Made by a program: the position numbers and the translations under genes. A stretch of DNA of 64,000 bases from Oikopleura dioica (lineage: Eukaryota; Animalia; Chordata), in NCBI GenBank assembly GCA_907165135.1, contig OU015569.1, forward strand, positions 4,464,001-4,528,000, written 5' to 3'. This document shows positions 38,435 to 49,664 of this stretch, one piece after another (position 1 is the stretch's first letter; each line of letters begins with the position of its first letter). Below the pieces are notes generated by a model. The model was not told the DNA's origin. It searched no databases and saw only the letters and a program-made list of their open reading frames with translations.

Positions 38435-41411
38435 TGGCCTAAAACAACATTTTAGAAAACGTAAAGGCGCTGAAAAGGTGCATTTTTCGCAGTTAGCTTC
38501 TGGCTCAAAAGCTGATCGCCTCATCGCAAATTTAATCGCCGGGAAAATCAAAAAATAGAGTCGTCGACAATTTGGAGCTGTACCTGTTTTTCGGCGTTAA
38601 GAGAATTCTAGCTGTCTTCGAATATTTCCTTTTCTTAGAAACTCTAGTACTCTTTAGTATCTCTTGCTGCGGACGAGTTTTTCAAAAATATAGTTCGGTT
38701 GGAGCCAAACTTGGAACTTTTTGATAAGGAATCGAAATAACGATAATAGTAATGATCTCTGATTCAACGCGGGTACCTTAAAAACTCAAATATTGCGCGC
38801 TCCATCCCCCGCGCAGCGCCATCGTCGAACAAATTTTTTTTCCTAGAGCGGAAAATTTGGAAAATAGCGGCCTAATTTTATCCTTTGATTAATTCTCAGC
38901 AGGTTAATTCTACTCTGCATCTTGCATTGTATAAGTTATACAACTGGAATGTATCTGCGAGTAAAATAAGTCTTCGGAAACTGTCCGAAAATAGCCATTT
39001 ATGAAAGTTCTCAGGTAAAAAGATTCGCTGAGGACAAAATTTCAACAAATAAAAAATATTGAAGAATTTACCTGCCTCACTGTACCCGACAGAAAAACTA
39101 ATTTCTACATTAAAAAAATTTCCAAAACAGCCTCGTCTATCTAGAAAACACTAGAATCAATTAAAAAACAACTGCATAGGTGTCTCTCGGGGCGACTAAA
39201 AGATGCGGAGCGTTCGGTTTCTTACCTGGAAAGCATGGGTTGTTTTTCAGTGCGCCTTAAAAAACTGAATTCTAGAGAGCAAGGGGCTGCAAGCGTGTTT
39301 TTATGTGGACAATCGGTTCTTTTCCGTTGATAATGTTGTCTGTCTACTGGGCCATATCAACAACAAACTTACTGTATCTCTGGACAAGCAGATTCATTCT
39401 GGCTTCATCTGATTGTCTCTGGCAGAAATGGGGCGTTATAAGAACGCCGTTATTAGCAACCGACAACAAAGGAACTGCCTTATCACTCTCGTCTAGCGCG
39501 TCAGTAATAACATCCGCGTCCTGCAGACTAAACCAGAATCGTCTAACCTCAGGTTCTTCCCACATTCTTGCCTGGTGACGGGAGTATAACGTCTAGACCC
39601 GTTTTATTGTATCCTACATGCAATATGCCATATTACTCTCAAATCTGTCAATGCACGCCTTCAACCGAAGAATCAATGTTTAATGGAATCATGGAGAAAA
39701 AGTACTATTCATATTTGAGGCTTCTTATTCAGAAGTTTCATACTTCATAAAGACTATTCATTAGAAGATTGTGCGTTCCGGCTGAAAGTTTCGAAATGAA
39801 GGTCCTCTATCAACATTTGCAATCATCTGGGAACGCGCGTGCCTCACACCCAATGCTTAGCTGTGTCCTAAATTAGAGCGCGACAAATTTCAGCCAAAGA
39901 TCGGAAGTGGCGATTCCACTGAATCAGATTGCTCAGGAGGCATTGGCCTGTATATAACGGAAGTGTCTCATTTGCTGCAATATACAGTACTTGGATACGG
40001 CTGGCTTCTCCGACGGAGGAGCTTAGACCGAGCGCGCTAATTCACTCTCTTTCATCAATCTGGAACAGCTCATCAAAGCATCAAAGCGGGCCTGCTATAA
40101 ACTTGGACTAATACGTTTGGAACGAAAAGTGTTTATTGTGAAACTGACACACAGCCACGTTCGTCTGCCGCCTGCCGCTAAATAATAGGGCTGTCGTCAA
40201 AACTCAACTTTCAAAGCATTTTGCCTTATTACTTATTATTTACTTATATTAATTTTGTCTGTGTCAACTTTTGAATTAGACGGAAAATCATAAGTGTTTT
40301 TATTTCATTCACACTTGATCGTAAGTAATTCTTGATAGCTCTGTTGAACTTATTTTCAAAATATGTCCAGATTATATTATGACTGATACATTCAATCCTC
40401 GACTTAGAGAAGATATGTTCCGGCTAATGAGTACTAATTATCATCAAGTTTGATCAGCTGGGAACCTAAGGGCGTGTGTTGTGTCAGAGTGCGCGTGAGA
40501 ACTTGTCCAGAGCACAGGTGCTCATTATGAGAGATGACTGTGAAATTCCTAATTATCGGAAATGAAATACTCAAGCAAGAAATCATCCCCTTTTTTGAGA
40601 ACGTTGTTCGTGGAAATTTACCATGAGAATCTTGGTGATCTTTTGGTTGACAACAAAGTAGGGATAAAAGAGCCTTGATTAAGTTTTACGGCGTTTTCTA
40701 GGAATGCGGGCTCGTCTTGAAGCTTTCTGACTGACGTAGATCTCGTGCAAAATAACGTGATGTTGAGCTTATTTTAATAAGAAAGCAAGAGCTCCAAGAA
40801 TCATGGGATATGATTGAGTAAAATGTGGTTGCTTGTGATAAGACAATGATTTCTTTCTGCATGAGCGTCTGAGGATACCAGTCAAACAATAATAAATGCA
40901 TCAGTGATAAGCAACATGCATATCGGGGAGAATATATAGAAGAAACTTGCTTTCAGCAGACGATTGAAAACAAATTGGCGATATTTATCCCTTTCTTGAA
41001 ACATTCCTGACTTTTTTAAAACCTTTCTAGTCGTGTAATTTGCCCAGAAGCGAGAACTCGCCATGGGAAAATTTAGCGCTGCATGCAAATCTGCGTTGTG
41101 AAAATACCAAGATGAGAAAATTTCACAGCTAGTGAAATTTCGATGATCTCAATCAAATTAATATTTCTGTCTTTTATTTACAGGGGGTTGAATTTAAAAG
41201 GCATTTAAATGAAGCGATAATTTACCTAAATTGTTAACCTAAATGCATGAGGCGTGGCAGTCAATGAAAACATGTCAAGATATTTTTCCTGGGCGGTGAG
41301 GGTGTGCGCATGAGTGTGGAATTCACACTATAGTCTATAGAGTCGGAATGAGGGTCTCTTTGTTTAGAAGAGACAATTGAAGTATAGCTTGATTCTTCAG
41401 AAGCTCTTCTG

Positions 41412-43822
41412 TTAGGGAAAGTCGGCTGGTACGTCTTCTAAAAGAAAAAACAATATTTATTAATTCGAGTTTTAGATTACCAAGAGAAGGGATAGAAGAT
41501 TGACTGTCTTGACTTCCCTGAGAAGATTGACTGTCAGAAGAGAGGAAAAGAGGATGATCTTTGTTTGTAATGTCGACGTCGTATGCCGCATCCATTGGCT
41601 CGTTTTCGCTCTGGTCAAACGAGAGCACCGCTCTTGGCTGGTCGGTGGAGGAAATAGGCTCGTCGGCGGGAGTTGGCTCTTGTTTGACATCTTCTGAAGA
41701 AAACAGGTCCATGCTACCATTGAGTGACCCATCCTCGTCCTCTGCAGTTTGACCATCTTGCGAAACTGTATTGGCATGAGCCTCTTTTTCGGACGCCGTC
41801 TTCTCATTTTCTGGCTCGCTCTGCAAGTCTTTCTCTTCTGGCTCTTCCTCCTTGTTTTCGCCATCAGCCTGTGACTCAACAGTAGGAACATCCTCAGTCT
41901 CCTCCAGAGAGTTCTTGGTTTCTTCTTTGACAGGTTCATCAATAACTCCTTTGGTAGAGTTCTCAGGCGATTTTTCTTTCGCATGCTCTTCAATAGCTTC
42001 TTCCTGCGCTGGATTATCCACGATCTCCGCCTCGTCGCCAGCTAGACCGCTTGCCGTTTCTGTCGTTCTCTCGGCAAAAACTTCCTCTTCTTCATTGACT
42101 CCATTAGAGTGAGTTTCAACGGAGGGGGTTTCGATTTCCTGGAACTTAGTGGTGACAGGCGTAGGGGACGCGGCGCGTGAACTTCGTCTGGAAGACGCTC
42201 TGCTCGAGCTCTTGCTGGAGGCCTTGCTCCTTCGTGAGTCCGATGATTGTTTCCTTCTCTTCACGGGGGTCGGGGCATCCTCAGTTCGTTCAGTTTTGCC
42301 GCTAAAAAGATTGAATATAATCAAAGAATTTGGATCAGAAATTTTACAGTGTCTGGCGGCGTTTTCTCCCTTCATTTCTGTGCAGCTTCGTTTCCAATTC
42401 CTTCTCAGCGGCAGTGGTGTCTTCACTAAAAAGCATTGATATCTTTTAGATCTTGATGAATTGGAATCTAATTTTCGAGAATGTAATATATAAGTGTTAC
42501 CCGTGCATAGCCATCTTGTGAATGCACCAGCGTTGCCACTCCAAGTCCACATCATCGTTGTTGTGCTTCAACAACGCGAAAGCTTCCGTTTTCCCTTCGA
42601 ATACAATTTCGACATCTTCCTTCAAATATTTCATAATTCACCGGTTGAAAAATATATACCATTAGTAATGCTCCATTACCTTCTTCGCATAAAAGAAGAT
42701 GTAGCCTTGACGTCTCTCGTCAACCCAATCGGTGTCTTTTTTCTTGATAATGTAGGTATTTGTGCTGGTTTTCTTGCGGGTATAATACTGAACCTAGAAA
42801 AGGTAATATTTTCCGAAAGTTTTGCCTTTAACATACGAAGATGCCATCTGCCTCGCTCTTGTCTTTTATGATTCCATAAAAGGGTCGATCATAATTGGCA
42901 CCGATCATGTCTCCTACTTCCATCTCTTCGATTTTGTGCGTGGCGTCTTTGAAGGACTTGATCAGCGGATCCTGAATAGTTTTTAAGGCATAAATCGACG
43001 GGCTTCAAATGTGTACCGCTTCAAATGACTCGTCCAATTCTTTTTCCTCCTCTTTTTTTGCTTCGATGCGCTTTTGCACCCGAATCAGTTCTTCCTTCTT
43101 CCTCTCTTCTGCTAAATCGTCCCAGGGACCCCATTCGATTTCCTGCTCGCCCAAGAGCCAGGGAATCAAACCCTCTTTGTCGTCAGACGTGAAGGGGAAT
43201 TCGCCGTTTGGATTCTGGACCAGCTCCTTCAGTGCTCCTAGAAATGCCTTGCTTTTCGCTCCTTCTTGGTGTTTTTCCCTGTTGACGGCGTAGGGCTTTT
43301 GCGAGTTTTAACTGTACGACGGTTCAAATTTCAATTATATTTTATTATAATTTCAATTATTATTTATTATCTGAATTTTATAAGCAACTTTTTTTAGATG
43401 AATAAACTATTCCTGAATATCTCGCTGAGGGATCCACATTCTTTCGTGAGTTCCGTAAAAGAACACAGGCCACCTTGATAGATGATGATAGTAAAACAAA
43501 TTCTTGACTAAAACGGAGACTTACATAGTATTTTCATCGACAGGATGATCGGGTTGGTTGCGCCGGAAGCAGCGGGACAATCTTTTGGATGCTTTACTTA
43601 TAATTTTACGAAGTAAGTAGTGAGAATTGGAATTATTGAGAGATTTGTTGTTATCAGCAAAGAGATAGCTCCTTTCCTGACACAGTCGATTCTCCCAGGC
43701 CAGTAAGGATAGCCCTTGACCCGACCCCAGACCAAATCTCCCCACCAGAGCGCGGAACGTTTGAAACTCGCCGGAATCGGCCACATCTTCAGCGGCTTGT
43801 ACTCCGACTTTTCTCCCGCCAT
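41412..43822 (-). CDS. PWWP-domain chromatin protein with long acidic low-complexity tail
   Basis: GDLVWGRVKGYPYWPGRI...VFFYGTHERMWI; Ser/Arg-rich then Glu-rich C-terminus (41335..42555 ORF). Stop at 41412 if the last intron is spliced, otherwise 41335. Confidence 0.8.
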
Positions 43823-43904
43823 TTTCGCTCTCTGTCCGCCAAAAGTCGACTTTGATCTTTGAACTTACTAAGAGGAGTAGCAGAGTAAGAAATAGTAATC
43901 ATCA

Positions 43905-43960
43905 GGAAGCGGCCAATCAACGCGCGCGTGGTGAAAGGATGACTCATCCGGCGCCAGTCA
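43905..43960. promoter_or_regulatory. Candidate bidirectional promoter (CCAAT, CGCG run, TGACTCA)
   Basis: GGCCAATC at 43911, CGCGCGCG at 43921 and GATGACTCAT at 43938..43947, between the divergent PWWP gene and SEC62. Confidence 0.5.
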
Positions 43961-44379
43961 GTAGTGATCTGCCACGAAGCACCGAAAAGAGAACTTTTCA
44001 TACGAAAATGATAAAAACTTTTATCTTTCTCTTTCGGTGCTTAAATTTTCAGTTTTCAACTTTCCATCGTATTGTTATCAAAAATTTATTTTTATTTTTT
44101 ACGTAGATTTATATCAAAAATATCGCTTCTGCTATCAGATAAACTTTAACCTTTGAATTTGACTATTTTAAACTGTTAGTAATGAATCCGAGCTAGGAAA
44201 AAAAGCTGACTTTCGAATATTATGAAGCTGATTTTCTCGAACATTCCAGAACATTCTAGAAAGCCAAATAATACGTGTCTTTGAATAAAGGCAGCCGGCT
44301 CGTTCTTCTTTTATCAAACACAAAAAAACGCTAATTTCTATTTCTTTTGTTAACGATTTTTAACACCTAGAGCAAAAAA

Positions 44380-47188
44380 ATGGGTCACGGCTGTTGCGGC
44401 GGCGGCGGTGGCGAAGGAAAGCCTGTGCCTCAAATGAGCGAGCAACAAGAAGAAATCGCCAAGTGGGTTAGGTGGAACGTCAAGACCAAGGAAGCACCCG
44501 TCAAAGGTTTGTTTCTCATTAATTAAGCGGGTTAATAAGGCAATTTAGGTGGTGACAAAAGAGCGTACTTCGTCGGGCAGAAAGCAGTAGACAAAATCAT
44601 GGAATCAAAATTCGCGACTCAGAACGCCAAGGACTCGGACAAGCCGTGCATTCCCGACCGTGAGCATGCCGTCGCCATGATGAACTTTTTCATGCGACTC
44701 GGGCTCTTTTACCGAGGCGAACGGGTTAGTTTCTTCTTTTGTCTACCTCCTAACTAACTCTGGCTTCTTCAGGAGTATCTGGTAAAGAAGCAGAAGCGAA
44801 AGCGACGCGATTCAAACGGAGACACTGAATCTGAAACCGAAGAAGAACGCCGCGAGAGGAAAAAGAAAAAGTACAGACTCGACTTGTGTGAAAACCAAAC
44901 CTTTATTGGTAAGTGAACTTTCAAAACTAATGTCTTTCGATTTTCATTTTATTTTTTCGGTTGAATAGCACCGACAGCGGCAAAAGCATACTTCGCGCTT
45001 TGCTCCGTGCGTTTTTGAATCGTTCTTTGATGATCAACTCTTTCGTCTTTGAGACTCCGTTTACGTACGCATCGATACTATGAGTCATCAGCGGCAGAAA
45101 AGTGTCATCGTAACAGATGAATTCGTTTTTCGATCCAGGCTCGCATGTGTGTCTTTTTCGGCTTGAATGGGTATGATAAGAGATAGGAAATTGCAGAGAA
45201 GCAAGCCATTCCTGTACCAGTAAAAAATCCTGCCAAAAGCGGCAGGAACGGGATCATTTGGAAGGACAATACGAGTATGCTTTTTGACACTAGAACAAAG
45301 CTAGAGCAAACCCTGTTAATGGGCTTACTTCGAGTTGAAGAGGCACTGGAATTTTGCATCGCCAGGAGTTGGACTTCCAAAGGTCACAACTCGAGTGAGA
45401 ACATCTTTCACCTCTTGCGAGAGTAGCACGCCTAACATAGCAGCGACTGCGCCACCAAGAGAGTGCCCCGTTACGATTATCTCGTCAATTTTGATGTTCG
45501 CGATCGATTCTTTTACGAAAGTTAAGACAGGTGTTTTCAGGGCCAAGTATTGCTCCATGAATCCTAAATTAAAACTCTTTAAAATAAATATACGATCCAT
45601 TTTCTACCGAAATGGACTTTTGCGTTTTCAATGAAAACGTTTTCATGATGGTCGAAAACAGCTTGTTTAAACTTCAGATCTTGTAAAAAGTCGCCAATTT
45701 CTGAAGTTCCCCGAATAGAGATCATTATATAACTTCTTGGTTCCTTGCATCCCTGCACTTTTGTTTCTCTTCCAACGCAAAACACTTTTCCTGGGCTTGG
45801 AACCTGTGTAAATATCCTTCAAAATCTATCAGAACCTGACTTAAGTCCAAAAGGATTTCTACACGGGTATCCGAGCCCACACTGCGTCAGCATATGATCC
45901 TGCGTCCCTCACTATCTGTTAATGGATAAGAACATGTCACTTTATTTTTCCCACACATCCAGTCAAATATCCATTCCTTATACTCCAGCATTTGAAATCT
46001 AGAGAAGAACTTCTTTAGATGAATAATAGCGCTCTTTTCCTTGAGTGAAGAAGATACTGTAACGCGTCTGTCGTTATTGCTGTCAAAGAAGCCGGCGTGC
46101 AACTCTTTTATGCATCGCTAAACAATTTTTTCCGATAGAAAGTCACTCCGCTAAAAAACTAACAGGACTTTCATAGGCAAGGGCACAGAGACGGGCGGAC
46201 ATCTGTATCTTCAAAATTGTATCAATCCGGACTTTGTAAAATCTTCTCTTTGTCCAAACGATTGACTTCTTGTTCTTTAGATTAGGATTACCTTTTGAGT
46301 TATTTAATAGGTAAAAAGCGTTATTTTTAAATCCTTTGCAATAAGGCTTTGGCTTGAGAACATATCTTTCTTGCGACTGAAAGAACACTACGGCCGACTC
46401 TTGAGAAGAATAGTTTTGCCATTTCTGTTCTCTTTAAGCGATTGAAAAGCAGGGATCGGCAACTCGACTCTCAAATGTCGTATCGAGTCGAGTCGAGCTC
46501 ATTTTTCTTCGGCGATTGTCGAGTCGAGTCGAGTTGTGTCGAGTTTTGAAAATGTGATGATATTCGTAAACATGATTCAAAATTTTCCATCGAGCGAATC
46601 GAATTTTCAAAAACCGAAAACAAAAACGATGGCAATCATTTCCAACATTTCGTGAATTTTATTTTCATTTTTCAGACGCAGAAGATGCCCTCTTCATGTG
46701 GGACTATGAGCCCACTCATCCGTACACGTGGCTTGGCGGCACTATCGTCATCATTATTGGCTTCCTCGGGGTTCTGTATCCTCTCTGGCCGCAGCAACTG
46801 CGCGGTGGCGTTTACTACCTTTCATGGGGAGGTCTTGGCTTCGTCGGCTTTGTCATCGTTCTAGCAATTCTGAGGACGATTCTCTACTGTCTTATCTGGG
46901 TCCTCACCGGCGGAAAGCATCACCTCTGGATCTTCCCCAACTTAACAGAAGACTGCGGCCCAATCGAGTCCTTCTTCCCGATTTATTCTTACAAATACAC
47001 GGGTAGGACACGTTCGTATATATCGTTTATCTACTGTTTTATTAGGACCAAAAGACAAGAAGAAGAAAAAGAAGAAGAAGAAGGCGATCGAGGGCGAACA
47101 AGCAGAAGCGATTGAAGAAGATGGCGGCTGCTGTGGAGGAGGAAGCTGCGACGAGCCCAAAACGCTCGAGGAAAAGAAAGATGAATAA
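44380..47188 (+). CDS. SEC62: ER translocon subunit Sec62
   Basis: YFVGQKAVDKIMESKF; WDYEP; two TM segments LYPLWP...GVYYLS; GGKHHLWIFPNLTEDCGPIESFFPIY; large intron 44909..46675. Confidence 0.95.
44927..46422 (-). CDS. Class 3 lipase nested antisense in the SEC62 intron
   Basis: ISIRGT; VHF/GF; VTGHSLGGA (Ser); VTFGSPTPGD; RIVLPNDPVP (Asp); MTHSIDAY (His); several short introns. Confidence 0.88.
46451..46546. repeat. Truncated MITE-like end with TCGAG repeats
   Basis: Starts CAGGGATCGG, followed by ACTCGACTC and several GAGTCGAG units; no matching right end seen. Confidence 0.4.
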
Positions 47189-47473
47189 AAATAGAATTAA
47201 GTTATATAATTTTGGCTGATTATTTCTCCGTGTCGATATCCTTGTGCCGTTTTCTGTCTTCATTAATCCCCTTTAATCCCCCTTTCGGTGCAATTTCGGG
47301 CCACTTTGGATCATCCTATAGATTAATGGGCTTCAAGCGAGAGATTACCCCCAATTCGCTAAACAACGTTCCTTTTTTCTTTCCTTATGTTCTTCTACTT
47401 TCTTCTGCCAGACCCTTATCTAAACAATACCCTCGTATAAAGCTACTAGTAGGCCAGATACAGTAACCTGAAT

Positions 47474-47935
47474 CAGGGTGGCTATTTTGGACAAAATTTT
47501 GGGGTCTGGCCATCCAATTTCCATCCAATAAATTTTGAGTCGGAACTATCCATCCAAAATCCAACCCAATCCAATTATTACCCAATTCCCCAAAAATCCC
47601 GAATTCCAATTAGATCCAATTGGATTTCCAATTTTTCCAAGGCTTTAAATACTTTTAAAAGAAGCGAAACAGTAAGTTTTTATCCGAAAGGAGGATCAAC
47701 ATGGCCAAAACAATGATTTTTTTTATCCGAAATTGTTTATTTTTATCATGAAAATGACCTTTCTTTGCATAGTTTAGCGATATATTTTTTATTGGATCCA
47801 ATTCCCCAATTTCCCCAATTGCCCAATTTTCCCCAACAAAATCCGGTACCCTGGCCATCCAAATTCCATCCAAACCTTATTGGATTGGATCCAATCCAAT
47901 TCCAACTAACCCCCAAATCCAAAATAGCCACCCTG
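47474..47935. mobile_element. hAT-type MITE (462 bp)
   Basis: Perfect 18-bp TIRs CAGGGTGGCTATTTTGGA / TCCAAAATAGCCACCCTG; 8-bp TSD ACCTGAAT at 47466..47473 and 47936..47943; CCAAT/CCAAA-rich subterminal repeats. Confidence 0.92.
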
Positions 47936-48595
47936 ACCTGAATAGCTCTCGAAATCGTCCTTTCCATTTTAAGTGCAATATTGTTAGCGTTGCAAAAAGT
48001 AATTTTTAGACTCATCCTTATTGTTTAATCGCGTGTTCCTTTTTTTTGCAATGCACACTTTTTTATCCTTTATTTTATTCTGCTCTGCAAGAAAATTATA
48101 AAATAAATCAAAAAGATCGAAGTAACTTTGCGAAAATGAGAGAGCAAGACTAATAAGTTCTCGTCCTTGGCTCTGATTCCTAGGCATTAGCGAATAATTA
48201 CCAACCGTCGTTTTGTATTTCCATTTATGCGACAGGGCAAAACGAAAAAGGAAGAAAAAGAGAGAAAAAGGAATGAGCAGGGAAAATTGCAAAGGAACGA
48301 ATACGGTCGTCCTCAAGCATGGCAGTCATTTGGAGAGTTTCGTGCTTTGGCTACCCTTTATTTTTGACAAAAAGGCTTGAATTCGGCAAAATGCAGTTTC
48401 GAGAAACCAATCGTTGAATTCTTTTGAGTTCTGGCGGTGTACGGATACGCATTTAGGGGAATTCTGAATCCATCAAAAAACAAACGATCAAGCGCAGGAG
48501 AATATAATTCGTCAAGCTGTTAACTGATTTACTCGTCGATTGTTCACTAGAAAACTATAAGCAAAAAAGGTTAAACAAAATTGTTTTGTTCAGTA

Positions 48596-49565
48596 ATGAA
48601 AGAGTTTCTGTTGTCCCTTCCAGAGGGAAAAGAGCCAGCAGACTTCACAAGTGTCGAGTTCGAGCATCCGAAGGGCAAACCGGTGACTTTTTTCTGCTCA
48701 GAAAGTGAGCTCTTGGAGCTGCACTACCACTCTCCAAGAATCGGCGACTACTCGTCCTTTGTCACGGACGAAGATCAAACCACGAGTGAGCCAGTTTTCA
48801 AGCTTATCATCACTTTTACGCGCATTTAGTTCAAACATATGGAATTCTGAAAGCGACGCCTTTTGATGCTCGTCTGATTTTGCTCGCACAACTAGAGAAA
48901 ATTAAAGACGAGAAGAAATCCGCTTCGATCGCGGAACTCAAAATGCCCAAAAGGATCAAAACTGTTGCACTATCACTTTCAACTGAAAAGTAAGCCTTCT
49001 AATAGCGCTTCTTTTTCTAATAAAGATAGACTCGAGGAGATGTTCAATCTATCAGATAAAGAAGCCAAAAGAATAGAAATCGACGAAAAGAAGCTCTTCG
49101 AGAACCTTGACAAGCGACTTAAAAACGTCCAAGAAGCTATTTTGAAGCAGAAGATCATGGACGACTCCAATAAAGGTTTATCCTCGTTTTTCGTTTTTAT
49201 AACAACGATCGCTTGTAGACAAATTAAAACGGTATTCGGCGAGAGTGATTTGCGATGCCCTCCCAAAATCAACCACGAAAGCGTACGAGAAGCATCTTGG
49301 AATTGAGCAGACAGCCGCTAGAATAGAAGCGAAGGAGAATGAGCCTCCTACGAAAAGATCAAGAGTAAGATACATCGAATGTAGATACTTGATCTTCACA
49401 TAAATCTTCTAGCTTGACGAAGCTCCAACTGAGGACTACTCAAACGGTACACCGCTGAAGGCAATGGCAGAAGTCAAACTAACCAAGAAAGAAGCAGACT
49501 TGAAGAAAGCCTCAGTCGGCACCAAAAGCATCATGAGCTTCTTTACGCCGAAAAAAAAGAACTGA
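48596..49565 (+). CDS. RNASEH2B: Ribonuclease H2 subunit B
   Basis: EHPKG and ATPFD motifs; EAPTEDYS; C-terminal PIP box GTKSIMSFF. Confidence 0.8.
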
Positions 49566-49664
49566 CCTCTTTTGATTTCAACGACTTTGAATTAATCTCA
49601 TTTATCACTGCCTTATTTGATTAGTTTTGAAAACAAATAAGAATACATATTAAAAAAAGTGTTT

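Noticed and set aside
39300-41100. Short ORFs between the TGF-beta and PWWP genes
   Set aside because: No coherent exon chain or motifs; more likely UTR or regulatory sequence.
47490-47920. CRISPR-like or coding repeats
   Set aside because: Irregular CCAAT-type subterminal repeats inside a MITE; no repeat-spacer periodicity, and the context is eukaryotic.
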